Assembly: GCA_951406725.2 (NCBI GenBank) | Contig: OX597833.1 | Coordinates: 62,186,001 to 62,250,000, forward strand | Direction: 5' to 3' | Origin: Octopus vulgaris | Taxonomy: Eukaryota | Length of the DNA stretch: 64,000 nt | Shown here: positions 39,925 to 53,380 of the stretch, one piece after another | Numbering within the stretch: the stretch's first letter is position 1 | How the letters are laid out: every line of letters starts with the position of its first letter | Notes under the pieces: generated by a model | What the model saw: the letters and a program-made list of their open reading frames with translations, nothing else | Databases searched by the model: none | What the model was told of the DNA's origin: nothing | Made by a program: the position numbers and the translations under genes

Positions 39925-39989
<65 letters not shown>

Positions 39990-40022
39990 CATACATATAT
40001 ACATACATATATATATACATAC

Positions 40023-40077
<55 letters not shown>

Positions 40078-40124
40078 CTTGTGTATATGCATCTGTGCAA
40101 ATATATGTGTGTTTATTGTGTATT

Positions 40125-40158
<34 letters not shown>

Positions 40159-40356
40159 TGTGTCCGTGTGTATATATATATATAAATATGTGTGTGCACA
40201 CACACACACACATACAAACACACACGCATACAAACACACACACACACATACAAACACACACACATACAAACACACACATACAAACACACACATACAAACA
40301 CACACACACAAACACACACACACATACAAAGATACACACATACAAACACACACACA

Positions 40357-40392
<36 letters not shown>

Positions 40393-40461
40393 AATTACCA
40401 TTATTTCAGTAATGAGTATTATTTCCACTTGTTGTCAAATTCAAATATATTTTATATTGTT

Positions 40462-40492
<31 letters not shown>

Positions 40493-40535
40493 GTATGTGT
40501 GTGTGTGTGTGTGAATAAACAATGTTGACTCAACA

Positions 40536-40574
<39 letters not shown>

Positions 40575-40707
40575 TTACTACAGCACCCAAGCTGGGTCAG
40601 TGTGACCTCCTCCCTTCTACTGGGATTGGAATATATAGGTAGAAGAATGGGCAATATATACGTTCATTGTATACTCTGCAAATGTCTATGTTTCTATCTG
40701 CATCTGT

Positions 40708-40746
<39 letters not shown>

Positions 40747-40816
40747 TGTGTGTGTGTGTTTCTGTGCACGTTTCAGCTGCCTTGTTCTCTCACTGCCAAT
40801 CTCTGTATGTCTGCTT

Positions 40817-40922
<106 letters not shown>

Positions 40923-41180
40923 GTCTCTCTCTCTGTCTGTCTCTCTCTCTCTCTCTCTCTGTCTCTCTGTCTGTCTCTCTCTCTCTGTCTCTCTGTCTGT
41001 CTGTCTGTCTCTCTCTCTCTACTGATCTATCCGCTTCACTATGTGTCTGTCTGTCTGTCTGTCAGGCCAACGACCGACCGGCAATCTTCCTATCCATCCA
41101 GCTGTCTGGCCATCCCACCAACCAACTCTCTGGCCATCTAAACAGCTGTCCACTACACACACACACACACACACACAAGA

Positions 41181-41213
<33 letters not shown>

Positions 41214-41317
41214 TCTATGGGTGTGTCCCCGTCCATTTTCCTACCTGAATGTCTGACGGTATTGGCCACTTACCTCCCCATCTGGCTCTCCCTAATCACT
41301 GTACATGTATGGAGGCT

Positions 41318-41735
41318 AAGAAGGCGAGCTGGCAGAAACGTTAGCACGCCAGGCGAAATGCTCAGCAGTATTTCGTCTGCCGTTACGGTCTGAGTTCAAA
41401 TTCCGCCGAGGTCGACTTTGTCTTTCATCCTTTCGGGGTCGATTGAATAAGTACCAGTTACGCACTGGGGTCGTTGTAATCGACTTAATCTGTTTGTCTG
41501 TCCTTGTTTGTCCCCTCTGTGTTTAGCCCCTTGTGGGTAGTAAAGAAATAGGTATTTCGTCTGCCGTTACGGTCTGAGTTCAAATTCTGCCGAGGTCGAC
41601 TTTGTCTTTCATCCTTTCGGGGTCGATTGAATAAGTACCAGTTACGCACTGGGGTCGATGTAATCGACTTAATCCGTTTGTCTGTCCCTGTTTGTCCTCT
41701 CTGTGTTTAGCCCCTTGTGGGTAGTAAAGAAATAT
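41318..41735 (+). mobile_element. SINE family A: head plus two 184-bp units, flanked by 57-bp direct repeats
   Basis: GTATT register at 41368, 41552 and 41736. Flanks 41259-41315 and 41736-41792. Other family A copies: 13435-13668, 26845-27255, 34437-34668, 35990-36378, 43362-43845, 51440-51860, 54750-54902, 62500-62913. Confidence 0.9.
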
Positions 41736-42280
41736 GTATTGGCCACTTACCTCTCCATCTGGCTCTCCCTACTCACTGTATATGTTCGGAGGTGCAGGTA
41801 TGGATGTGTGGTTAAGAAACTTGCTTCTCAGCCAGGTGGTCTTGGGTTCAGTTCCACCGTGCAACATTTTGGACCGGTGGTCATCTGCTATAGACCTGGG
41901 CTGACCAAAGCCTTGTGAGTGGATTTCCAAGATGGAAAACCGAATGAAGCTCGTCATATATGTATATCTCTGTGTGTGTGTGTGTGTGTGTGCTCTTGTC
42001 ATGACATCATGCACTGGCTGTAAACGTGCATCACTGTCATACAAGCAGTGTTATTTGTTTCCAGTCTTCCGTAAAAAACATGTCTGGCCATGGGGAAATA
42101 CTACCATACTTGGAAACAGGTAAGGTTTGGAGACAGGAAAGGCATCTAGCTGTAAAAAGCTGCTTTAATACTCAGACATGTAGGCTTGGAACGTGGACAT
42201 TAAAGGGTAATAATGTTGATTATGTGTGTGTGTGTGTGTGTGCATGTATGTACGTGTGTATATATATATATGTATATATA

Positions 42281-42531
42281 CTGGAGTAAACACATAAATG
42301 TGAAACAAGGTGGAAAAAAGAGTACTCAAATACCAGGGGTAGAGTAATATGCTTTATTTCAAAGCAGCAGAAATTCAACAAAACCTGTTACTCTGAGTTT
42401 CACGTTCCCGTTCATCGGACAGCTTTTGTTAAAAAAAAAGAATTTTTTTTTTTTGACAAAAACTGTCCGACGAACGGGACGTGAAACTCAGAGTAACAGG
42501 TTTTGTTGAATTTGTGCTGCTTTGAAATAAA

Positions 42532-42537
<6 letters not shown>
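42281..42537. mobile_element. Foldback element carrying two inverted variant hammerhead motifs (42385-42422 minus, 42463-42499 plus)
   Basis: Arms 42347-~42440 and ~42443-42537. Motif CTGT CCGAYGA ACG gga(a) CGT GAAA CTC a GAG TA ACAG. (TA)n on both sides. Confidence 0.75.
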
Positions 42538-42567
<30 letters not shown>

Positions 42568-42752
42568 TGTTTGTGTGCGTATATATATATACACTCTCGG
42601 AGTGGTTGGCGTTAGGAAGGGCATCCAGCTGTAGAAACACTGCCAGATCTGACTGGCCTGGTGCAGCCTTCGGGCTTGCCAGACCCCAGTTGAACCGTCC
42701 AACCCATGCTAGCATGGAAAGCGGACGTTAAACGATGATGATGATGATGATG

Positions 42753-42786
<34 letters not shown>

Positions 42787-44899
42787 ATATATATAAGTAA
42801 ATAGAAACATACAGCCTAAAAGGAAGCACCCGAAATCTCTCCAATGTGAATTTCTACAAAGCAGACTGGAAATCAATCCAAAATGAGATCCTGGTAAAGT
42901 CCACTATCGATTACTGACTTAACAAAAGGCAATCCTCTAACCAGAGAAACCGTGACTTGCATTCTGGGAAACAATCCTCTCTACTTCTCTCCTATAACTA
43001 CAAAGGCTGAAATTTTGGTGGGATTGGGGACAGACAGTCGATTACCTTGATCCCAATTTTTGGCTGTACTTTTTTTATAATTGACTCTGAATAGATGGAA
43101 GACTGAGTCAGCCTTGGCGGAATTTGAACTCAGAATATAACGACAGGCAAAATGCAGCTAGGCATTTTGTCTGGCGTACTAACAATTCTGCCAGCTTGCG
43201 TGGGAAACAGTCTTAACAACAAGAACGACACCAATAAATCCAATATCAAGGAATTGTAATGGCTGTTGTTGTTTAACCCCAGGTCAACCGTGTTTGAGCA
43301 GACCTATGATCAAAAGCATTCCAACATGACCATCCTCTCTGCTTAGGTATACCCTATACCAAGGTGGTGAGCTGGCAGAAACGTTAGCACACCGGGTGCA
43401 ATGCTTGGCGGTATTTCGTCTTCCTTTACGTTCTGAGTTCAAATTCTGCCGAGGTCGACTTTGCCTTTCATCCTTTCAGGGTCGATAAATTAAGTACTAG
43501 TTACGCACTAGGGTCGACATCATCATCATCATCGTTTAACGTCCGTTCTCCAAGCTAGCATGGGTTGGACGGTTCGACTGGGGATCTGGGAAGCCAGAAC
43601 ACTGCACCAGGCCCAGTCTGATCTGGCAATGTTTCTATGGCTGGATGCCCTTCCTAACGCTAACCACTCCGTGAGTGTAGTGGGTGCTTTTTACGTGCCA
43701 CCCACACAGGTGCCAGACGAGGCTGGCAAACGGCCACGATCGGATTGGTGCATTTTACGTGCCACCGGTATAATCAACTTAATCCCTCTGTCTCTCCTTG
43801 TTTGTCCCCTCTATGTTTAGCCGCTTGTGGGCAATAAAGAAATAGGTGTACCTATACCTACATTGTCCAATATGTCCTTTTCTTATTTAAGACAGGAAGT
43901 GTATTTGATGGCAATTTGGTTGCTATTTCTAGTAGGTCAGTGGACCATGTAGAGGTTCCCTCCTTAGCCTGTGGACCTTAATTAACCACTTCAGCATTTA
44001 AACCGGGCCAGATCTGACCCAAATATTTTATCTGTTTTATTTTGAAACCAACCAGCCTCTCACACCTACCCAACAATGTCATTCTAAAAATAGACCGTCA
44101 CATCATTGAAATCTTGAAGCTGTGAGATAATGGATGATTAATTCAGACCATTGGGAATAAAGAGAAATCTGAATGTTAAAAGGTTACTGGCATGAATGTG
44201 TATAGTTTAATAAAGTATAAAAAAGCAAATTTTTGTTTCAATTCATAGGCGCAGGAGTGGCTGTGTGGTAAGTAGCTTGCTTACCAACCACATGGTTCCG
44301 GGTTCAGTCCCACTGCGTGGCACCTTGGGCAAGTGTCTTCTGCTATAGCCCCGGGCCGACCAATGCCTTGTGAGTGGATTTGGTAGACGGAAACTGAAAG
44401 AAGCCTGTCGTATATATGTATATATATATATAGTGTGTGTGTGTGTGTTTGTGTGTCTATGTTTGTCCCCCACAACATCGCTTGACAACCGATGCTGGTG
44501 TGTTTACGTCCCCGTTACTTAACGGTTCAGCAAAAAGAGACCAATAGAATAAGTACTGGGCTTACAAAAGAATAAGTCCTGGGGTCTATTTGCTTGACTA
44601 AAAGGCGGTGCTCCAGCATGGCCGCAGTCAAATGACTGAAACAAGTAGTAAAAGAGAGTAAAAGAGTAAGAGGACATGGGGAGGGCAATGCCCTGAACCT
44701 ACAGAGGCTCTCCCTGGCTGAGGGAACTGATGTTACCTTGGTCTCTGGTTCAACTTTGTTGTTGTTGGTTTTTGTGTGTCGTGGTGAATCAATTAGAAAA
44801 TGGTGCTCGTTTTTTTCAAAACACTTTAATTGGTGACAGCAGCGAACAATAAACTGTGGTTCATAAACAATAAAAACTAGTGAATGTTGAACAGTTAAC

Positions 44900-45560
44900 C
44901 AAATGTGAAACAATGAATAGCAAATCATAAACATAAAAACAGTGGATAATAGTTAACAATATGCAGTGAATTATAAACATACAAACAGTGGACAGTGGTT
45001 AACTGTGCAGCAAATCAAAGGCATAAAAACAGTGAACAATTGTTAACAATACGCAGTGAATCATAAACATAGAAACAGTGAACAATTGTTAACAATACAT
45101 AGTGAATCATAAACATAGAAATAGTGAACAATAGTTAACAATACACAGTGAATCATAAACAGAAACAGTGAACAATAGTTAACAATACACTGTGAATCAT
45201 AAACATAGAAACAGTGAACAGTGGTTAACAGTACACAGTGAATCATAAACAGAAACTGAACATTAGTTAACAATACACAGTGAATCATAAACATAGAAAC
45301 AATGAACAATTGTTAACAATATGTAGTGAATCATAAACATAGAAAGTGAACAAAAAATAGTTAACAATACACAGGGAATCATAAATATATAAACAGTGAA
45401 CAATTGTTAACAATACGCAGTGAATCATAATCATAAAAACAGTGAACAATAGTTAACAATACGCAGTGAATGATAAACATAGAAACAGTGAACAATTGTT
45501 AACAATATGCAGTGAATCATAAACATAAAATGGTGGACCATGAACATAAAACATTGGATA
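44900..45560 (+). repeat. ~46-bp minisatellite, about 14 copies
   Basis: Unit AACAGTGAACAATTGTTAACAATACGCAGTGAATCATAAACATAGA; register at 45031 and 45077. Confidence 0.92.
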
Positions 45561-48060
45561 ATAACAATAACAGTTATCAATGCACAGGAAATCATCATCA
45601 TTTAATGTCCACTTTCCATGCTGGCATGGGTTGGATGGTTTGACTGAAAACTGGTAAGCCGGGGGTGGTGGGGTGGCTGTACCAGGTTCTGATCTGATTT
45701 GGCAAGGTTTCTATGGCTGGGTGCCCTTCCTAATGCCAAGCCTGAAGTGGGTGTTTTTTACGAGCCACCGGCACAGGTGCCAATGATCTGACTCCAGCAT
45801 TGGCCACAACTATGGTCTCACTTGGCTTGACAGGTCTCCACATGAGCATGATGTATCACCAAAGGTCTTGGTCACCTGTCATTGTCTCCCTGAGGCCCAA
45901 CATAAAATGAATAACAACAATATTGAGCAATGAACAATGGAACCTTAATCCAGTTGGTTACTAGAAGACTGGGTGAATATTCCTGGATGAAGCAGGAGAT
46001 GGAAACGTGAATTTTATATGAAAGCTTGGCATAAACTGACAGTGTGTGTCCCCTTTTATGTAGAATGACACACAAAATGCACAACATTGATGTTAAACAT
46101 TTCACTAACTGAATAACAGTAATATTTTGATTAATGAACTCAAGCCTTTTTACTAATTAAACATTCCAGGCCAGATCCCAAACCTGAATTTTTTTTAGGG
46201 GACTACACTAAAAACAGTAAAACACAAGTCAATTAAAAATTTATTATATTCATAGAGGGAAGACCATTGGGGGCCACTGGAAGGATTCTTGAGGGTTGCA
46301 TGCAGCCCTGGGGCCTGTGGTTGAAAACAGCTGTTTCTGGAGACTACCCAAACTCAATAATAATTACCCTTACATCATAGTTTTGTTTAGAAAAAAAATT
46401 CACGGTAAGCTGGTCTTTTAATGTCAGTTTATTAAAAACATTACCATGCCAACCACGAGCCAATAAGAAAATCTTTATGTTGTTGATCAGTGAACTAGAA
46501 ATAGCAGCCAATCACTACAGTCTTGTAGGTATGGTCGTACGTGTGTCAGCAGTGGTCACGTATACGTGCATCAGTAGTGGTCACATATACGTTTGTCAGC
46601 AGTGGTCACGTATACGTGTATCAGTGTGGTTGTATATGCATCAGTGGTCTTCCAGGTGCGGTTGTATACGCATGAGTGTTCTTGCAGGTGCTGTTGTATA
46701 TGCACAAATGGTCTTGTGGGTGTGGTTGTATACGTGTTTGTGGTCTAATAGATGTGTCATTTGAGAGAGAGAGAGGTGAGGCTACAGCTGTCAATGTGAT
46801 ATGGTCCAGTTCCAGGTGAGAAGACGAGCACATTCCATAACTACCGTAAATGTCTTTAATTCCACACGTAGCAACATTCACCTACCTTTGTATTGACAAA
46901 CTACTCTCGTGACTTTTATTTCAGCTCTTTACATTTGGAGTTTAAATTCACCTGAGCTTGACTTTGTCTTTCATCCTTCCGGGTTCGATAAAATAAAGTA
47001 GTTGTTAGGTTCTGGGGATCAATGGTATTTACTAATCCCTCCTCTTGGATTTCACCTGTTATGCCTATACTAGAAATCATCATCATCATCAACATCATTG
47101 TTTAACGTCCGTTTTCCATGCTAGCATGGGTTGGACGGTTCAACTGGGGTCCGGGAAGCCAGAAGGCTGCGCCAGGCCCAGTCTGATCTGGCAGTGTTTC
47201 TACAGCTGGATGCCCTTCCAAACGCCAACCACTCCGTGAGTGTAGTGGGTGCTTTTTATGTGCCACCTGCACAGGTGCCAGACGGCGCTGGCAAACGGCC
47301 ATGATCGGATGGTGCTTTTTATGTGCCACCGGCATGGGGGTCAGACCAGGCTGGCAATGGCCACAATCGGATGGTGCTTTTTACGTGCCACTGGCATGGA
47401 GGCCAGTCGGGACGGCGCTGGCAACGGCCACATTCGGATGATTCTCTTATGTGCCACCGGCACTGGTATCACAGCTACAATTTCCATTGATGTTGATCAA
47501 ATTCGATTTTGATTTTGATTTTCACTTGCCTCAACAGGTCTTCACAAGTAGGGTTTGTGTCACAAGAAGGAAAGGTATGCATAAGTGGGCTAAATAATTA
47601 TTTTAATTACTATTAAGGTGGCAAGGTGGCGCAACTGTTTGCATGTTGCACAAAACGCTTAGAGGCATTTCTTCTGCCTCGTTAGGTTATGAGTTCAAAT
47701 TCTGCCATGGCCAACTTTGCCTTTCACTATTTTGGGGGTTGATAAACTAAAGTACTCGACAAACACTAGCATCGATGCAATTGACTTGCCCCTCCATTCA
47801 TATTCCTGGCCTGGTGCCAAAAATTAGAGAGAATTATCATCATCATCATCATCATCATCAAGGTAGTGAAAGCAGCAAGCTGGCAAGATTCAGCCAAGGC
47901 TAACTTTGAGTTTTGACCTTTCAGTGGTCAATAAAATAAGTACCAGTCAATGAAATCGACTAACCTCCTCTCCCAAGATTTCAAGCCTTGTGCCTATAAT
48001 AGAAACGATTATTATTATTATTGTTATTATTATTATTGTTATTATTATTATTATTGTTAC

Positions 48061-48091
<31 letters not shown>

Positions 48092-49051
48092 ACAACAACG
48101 TTGTTCTAGGTATATACAGAACTGTGTTATTAAGGAATGTGATCTTATGCAACCTCTTGTGCTACAAGTGGGTGTCCACTACCATAACCCCAGACCAATC
48201 CCAACTCAGAGAGTGAAATTGAGTTGGTGGAAACTGTGTGGAAGCCCTTCTGATAGATTACAATTCCCAATTTAAAACCACTCAATGGACATGGTGTGCT
48301 TCTAGTGGAGTCTACTCTGTTATCAATATGCAGTCCAGATGTCTCCTATCTGAAGTTAGAAAATCCCACCATCCTCTATAAGGGGCCTCACGAAAAAGAA
48401 AGTGGGCCAAGGGTGCTGCCTTTCTTTCTTTGAGGATAAACAAATATCCCACATCCCAGGCTGTGTGGTTAAGACGTTCACTTAGTAACCATGTGATGTG
48501 GGGTTCATTTTCACTGTGCAACAGTTTAGGCAAGTGTCTTCTATTGTAGCCTGAAGCCAGCAAAGCTTTATGAATGAATTTGAGGGATAAAAACCCATGT
48601 AAAGGCCAGTGTGTGTGTGTGTGTGACTATATATATGTTTATCCTTTGCAGTCTTCTATGAGAAAAAAGTCTGGTCTTGGGGAAATTTACCTTTCCTGGA
48701 AACAGGTGAGGGTTAGCAACAGGGGGTAGAAAATCTGCCTCAGCAAATTTCATCTGATCTATGCAAGCACAAAAAAGTGGACATTAAATGATATCTATCT
48801 ATCTATCTATCTACCTACCCCAAACCCACCTACCTACCCACCCATCCACCCATCCATCTATCTCTCTGTCTGTCTACCTGCCTGTCTGTCTGCCTGCCTG
48901 TCTATCTATCTATCTATCCATTTATCTATCCATCCATCCATCTCTCTATCGATCTATCTATTGATCCATCCATCCATCCATCCATCCATCCATCCATCCA
49001 TCCATCCATCCATCTATCTATCTATCTATCTATCTATCTAATAAAGAAACA

Positions 49052-49144
<93 letters not shown>

Positions 49145-49789
49145 CTGTCACTATCTATCTATCTATCTATCTGTCTGCTTGTGTTGACATCAACAAATGT
49201 CAATTTTCATGGCTCCGCTACAAAGTGTAATTTGTTGACATTACTCCTGTCGACAAATTGTTTGTTAGCTCTGCACACTCAAAGACAACTGGAATAAAAC
49301 CTCACCCATTTGGTGGTGGTGGTGGTGGTGGGGTAAACATGTGAAGGTTAGCAACAGGAAAAGCATCCAGCTTTAAAAACAAAGTAATGCTTCAATAATA
49401 CATTCATCTGATCCATAATAGAATAGAAAAACAGACATGAACAGATATCATTTGCCCATACCGATACTGTTGTTTCTCCTCTCCGTAACACCCAGTGATG
49501 CCCTTCATTAGCAGCCACTCTCTCAATTCATTTCAACTCAATTACTTCACAGATGTTCATGAAATCTCTATCGCTCCTGTTTTGGAGGTGGTTTGTGGCA
49601 TGTGCCCTCCTTGTATCTGACTCAGCCATATAAAACCACTCGTTAGTGTTACATATCCTATAGAGTGATATCAGTGTTTCAGACCAGATATTCAGAGTTT
49701 ACATTTTTATATTTATTTTACGTTTCTATCTGTCTGTCTGTCTGTCTGTCTGCTTGTCTGTCTTTCTATCTGAATCCGTGTATTTATCT

Positions 49790-50270
49790 CTCTTTCTCTC
49801 TCCCTCTCTCTTTTCCTCTTTCTCTCTCCCTCTCTTTTTCTCTTTCTCTCTCCCTTTCTCTTTCCTCTTTCTCTCTCCCTCTCTTTTTCTCTTTCTCTCT
49901 CCCTCTCTTTTCCTCTTTCTCTCTCCCTCTCTTTTTCTCTTTCTCTCTCCCTCTCTTTTCCTCTTTCTCTCTTCCTCTCTTTTTCTCTTTCTCTCTCCCC
50001 CTCTTTTCCTCTTTCTCTCTCCCTCTCTTTTTCTCTTTCTCTCTCCCCCTCTTTTCCTCTTTCTCTCTCCCTCTCTTTTTCTCTTTCTCTCTCCCTTTCT
50101 CTTTTTCTCTTTCTTTCTCCCTCTCTTTTCCTCTTTCTCTCTCCCTCTCTTTTCCTCTTTCTCTCTCCCTCTCTTTTCCTCTTTCTCTCTCCCTCTTTTT
50201 CTCCTTCTCTCCTTCTTTCTCCCTCTCTTTTTCTCTTCCTCTCTCTCCCTCTCTTTTTCTCTCTCTCTCT
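49790..50270 (+). repeat. CT-only minisatellite (~22-24 bp unit)
   Basis: Repeats of CTTTCTCTCTCCCTCTCTTTT(T/C)CT; source of the S/L/F and E/R/K pseudo-ORFs. Confidence 0.92.
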
Positions 50271-50772
50271 CCACCTTGCAGTTTCAAATTTATTTTACTC
50301 ACATACGTGTGTGTGTGTGTGTGTATGTATGTTTATGTGTGTGTGTGTTTGTGTGTGTGAGCATATGGGTGTAATGCTTGTGAGGGATCGGCGCGAGATG
50401 TGTGTGTGTGTGTGTATGTGCTTGTTTGTATGAATGTGGATATGACTGTAAGGGTATGTATGTATCTATGTATGTTTACGTGTGTCTGTATGGGGAAATC
50501 AGTGTGTATAGGAGGAGTGCACATGTGTGTGTCTGTGTGTGTGATATCTATCAGTATGAATGTGTGGCCATTTGTGTAAGGATATATGTGAGTGTGTATA
50601 CATGTGTGTGTGTGTATACATGTGTGAATGTATGTATACATGTGTGTGTGTGTGTATTTATCTAGAACTTAAGTTTCAACATGAAGCATTTCAAATTTTT
50701 CTTCTGATAAACAGGATTAATTTTTCAAAGTCTGTCTGTGTACTCTTGGTATTGGTGTTGCCGTTATTGCCG

Positions 50773-51115
50773 GTGGTGGTGGTAGTAGTGGTGGTGGTGT
50801 AGGTGGTAGTAGTGGTGGTGGTGGTGTAGGTGGTAGTAGTGGTGGTGTAGGTGTAGGTGGTAGTGGTGGTGGTGGTAGTAGTGGTGGTGGTGTAGGTGGT
50901 AGTGGTGGTGTAGGTGGTAGCAGTGGTGGTGGTGTAGGTGGTAGTAGTGGTGGTGGTGTAGGTGGTAGTGGTGGTGGTGGTGTAGGTGGTAGTAGTGGTG
51001 GTGGTGTAGGTGGTAGTAGTGGTGGTGGTGTAGGTGGTAGTGGTGGTGGTGGTGTAGGTGGTAGTGGTGGTGTAGGTGGTAGTGGTGGTGTAGGTGGTAG
51101 TGGTGGTGGTGGTGT
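50773..51115 (+). repeat. (GGT)/(AGT)/(TGT) compound trinucleotide repeat
   Basis: Units such as GGTGGTGGTGTAGGTGGTAGT; source of the PPTPPL pseudo-ORF. Confidence 0.92.
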
Positions 51116-52730
51116 AGCCTTGTCGGTGCTTGTTGATGCGGTTATTGTTGTAGATGTGTTGGTGTAGCGTTGTTGTAGATGGTGGTGGTCATGGTGGTGT
51201 CGGTGTTGGTGTTGATGTAGCGTTGGTGTAAAGTTCTTCTTGCTGGTCGTGGTGGTGGTCATGGTGTGGGTAGTGGTTAGTGATGTAGGTCTTTGTGCTG
51301 TTGGTGGCAGTGGTGTCGATGTTTGCGGTGTTGTTGGTGTTTGTGTGGGTGTTGACCGTGGTGATATTGTAATCATTGATGTAGCTCTAGGTATTGGTGG
51401 TGTCATAGACACTGATAGTGTAGGAGGTAAGTGTAGATATACCTATTTCTTTACTACCCACAAGGGGCTAAACATAGAGAGGACAAACAAGGACAGACAA
51501 ACGGATTAAGTCGATTACATCGACCCCCAGTGCGTGTCAGGTGCTTAATTTATCGACCCCGAAAGGATGAAATGCAAAGTCGACCTCGGCGGAATTTGAA
51601 CTCGGAACGTAATGGCAGACAAAATACCTATTTCTTTACTACCCACAAGGGGCTACACACAGAGAGGAGAAACAGGGACAGACATAGGTATTAAGTCTAT
51701 TATATCGACCCCAGTGCGTAACTGGTACTTATTTAATTGACCCTGAAAGGATGAAAGGAAAAGTCTACCTTGGCGGAATTTGAACTCAGAATGTAAGACG
51801 GACGAAATACCGCTAAGCATTTTGCCCCGTGTGCTAACGATTCTGCCAGCTCGCTGCCTTGCAAACCTTATACCACCTTGCAAACAAAGGCCCTTATACT
51901 GAGGCTGAGCGGTCAGAGCCAAGCCTGTGGTTGCTGGTACCCCAGGCAGGATGTGTTTCAGCGTACATCATCATCGTTGTTTTAACATCCACTTTTCCAT
52001 GCTTGTATGGATTGGATGGAATTTTCTGGGGTAGATTTTCTGCTAACGTTTCTGCCAGCTTGCCGCCTTAGAAATACCATTGGTGAATGTGTCAGTAGTT
52101 GTGGCAGTGGTGGTGGTGGTGCTTGTACTGGTGTCGGTATTGATAGGCGTGTCCAGCAAAACTTCCGTCCTGGCTTCATCTCCGAGAGATCAGTACTGAT
52201 CCAGCTGATCCGTCTCTGCTCCGACAATGTAAGGCACCAGAAGCAGGGAGAAACCAAAGAAGAATGGGAAGAAATGTGTTGTGTCGGAGGACACACGCCT
52301 CAAACTTCTCAAGAGGGTGGATCTCCCAATAAGATGGTTCAGTATATCATTATTAGAACCATGATGTGGGTGGGGAGTTAGCAGAATTGTGAACATGTTG
52401 GTCAAAATACTTTTCAGTAATTCATCCATCTGTCTTTACATTCTGAGTTCAAATTGTGTTGAGGTCACCTTTGCCTTTCATCCTTTCAGGGTCAATGTAA
52501 TCAACTAGTGTGCCCTCCCACAAAACTTTAGGCCTTTTAGTATCTATTGTAGAAAGGATTATTGGAACGGTGGTGTTGGTGACGATGATAGTGGTGATGG
52601 TCATGGTGGTGGCAGTGATAATGATGGTATAGTGATGAGGTGTAGGTGATGGTGATGAGGAAGTGTGGTGAATGCTACAACAAAAGAGAATAAAACATTT
52701 ATTCAATAATTCATTGTAAACATTTCCTAA

Positions 52731-53086
52731 TCCCTCTATATATAAAGCTGAAGTTGTCTGTGTATGGCAAATTTGATAGCCTTCAACTAACACTATCTCC
52801 TCCGAGATCCTGCGGCGCAAGTTGACCAAAATTGAGAGTATGATAGAAGAATCGGACCATATTAAGACCTAAAATTATTTACATCAAAAAGGTGCTTTTT
52901 TTCTATGAAAATCCCTATTTTTTACGATCTTTTGACTGCTGTGTCGCCATTTTTCGGTGTATTTCAACCAGTAAAATGTTCACTTAAAAAGAATAACAAG
53001 CTACATAATGCAAAACTTTTACTTTTCAAAAATTCCAATTCTAAAGGGTCGAAACAAATCCGAGCAATGCCGGGCGATACTGCTAG
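52731..53086 (+). mobile_element. Non-autonomous Helitron
   Basis: A|TCCCTCTATATATAAAG start, subterminal CCGAGCAATGCCGGG hairpin, CTAG|T end, no TSD. Confidence 0.85.
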
Positions 53087-53144
53087 TTTAGAAATAAAAT
53101 CTTTAATGAAATATCAAATTCCAACGTAATCTCAAGGTCACATA

Positions 53145-53380
53145 CAGGGTGTGGTCAAAAGTCACCTGACAGTAAATCAAAACTATTTAATTCCAAGATT
53201 TATTTATGTTTAATGACTGAATGAATTTAATAAAAGCATCTGAATATGAACCCTCATGAAAATTGTTCAAACTGAAGTCCTTCTTGAGCGACACCATTTT
53301 TCCGTTCGAGTCAACACAGAATTAAAGTTAGTATTTATGGAATTTTAGATTTACTGTCAGGTGAATTTTGGCCAACCCTG
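53145..53380. mobile_element. Tc1/mariner-type MITE
   Basis: TA|CAGGGTGTGGTCAAAAGTCACCTGACAGTAAATC ... GATTTACTGTCAGGTGAATTTTGGCCAACCCTG|TA. Confidence 0.85.
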
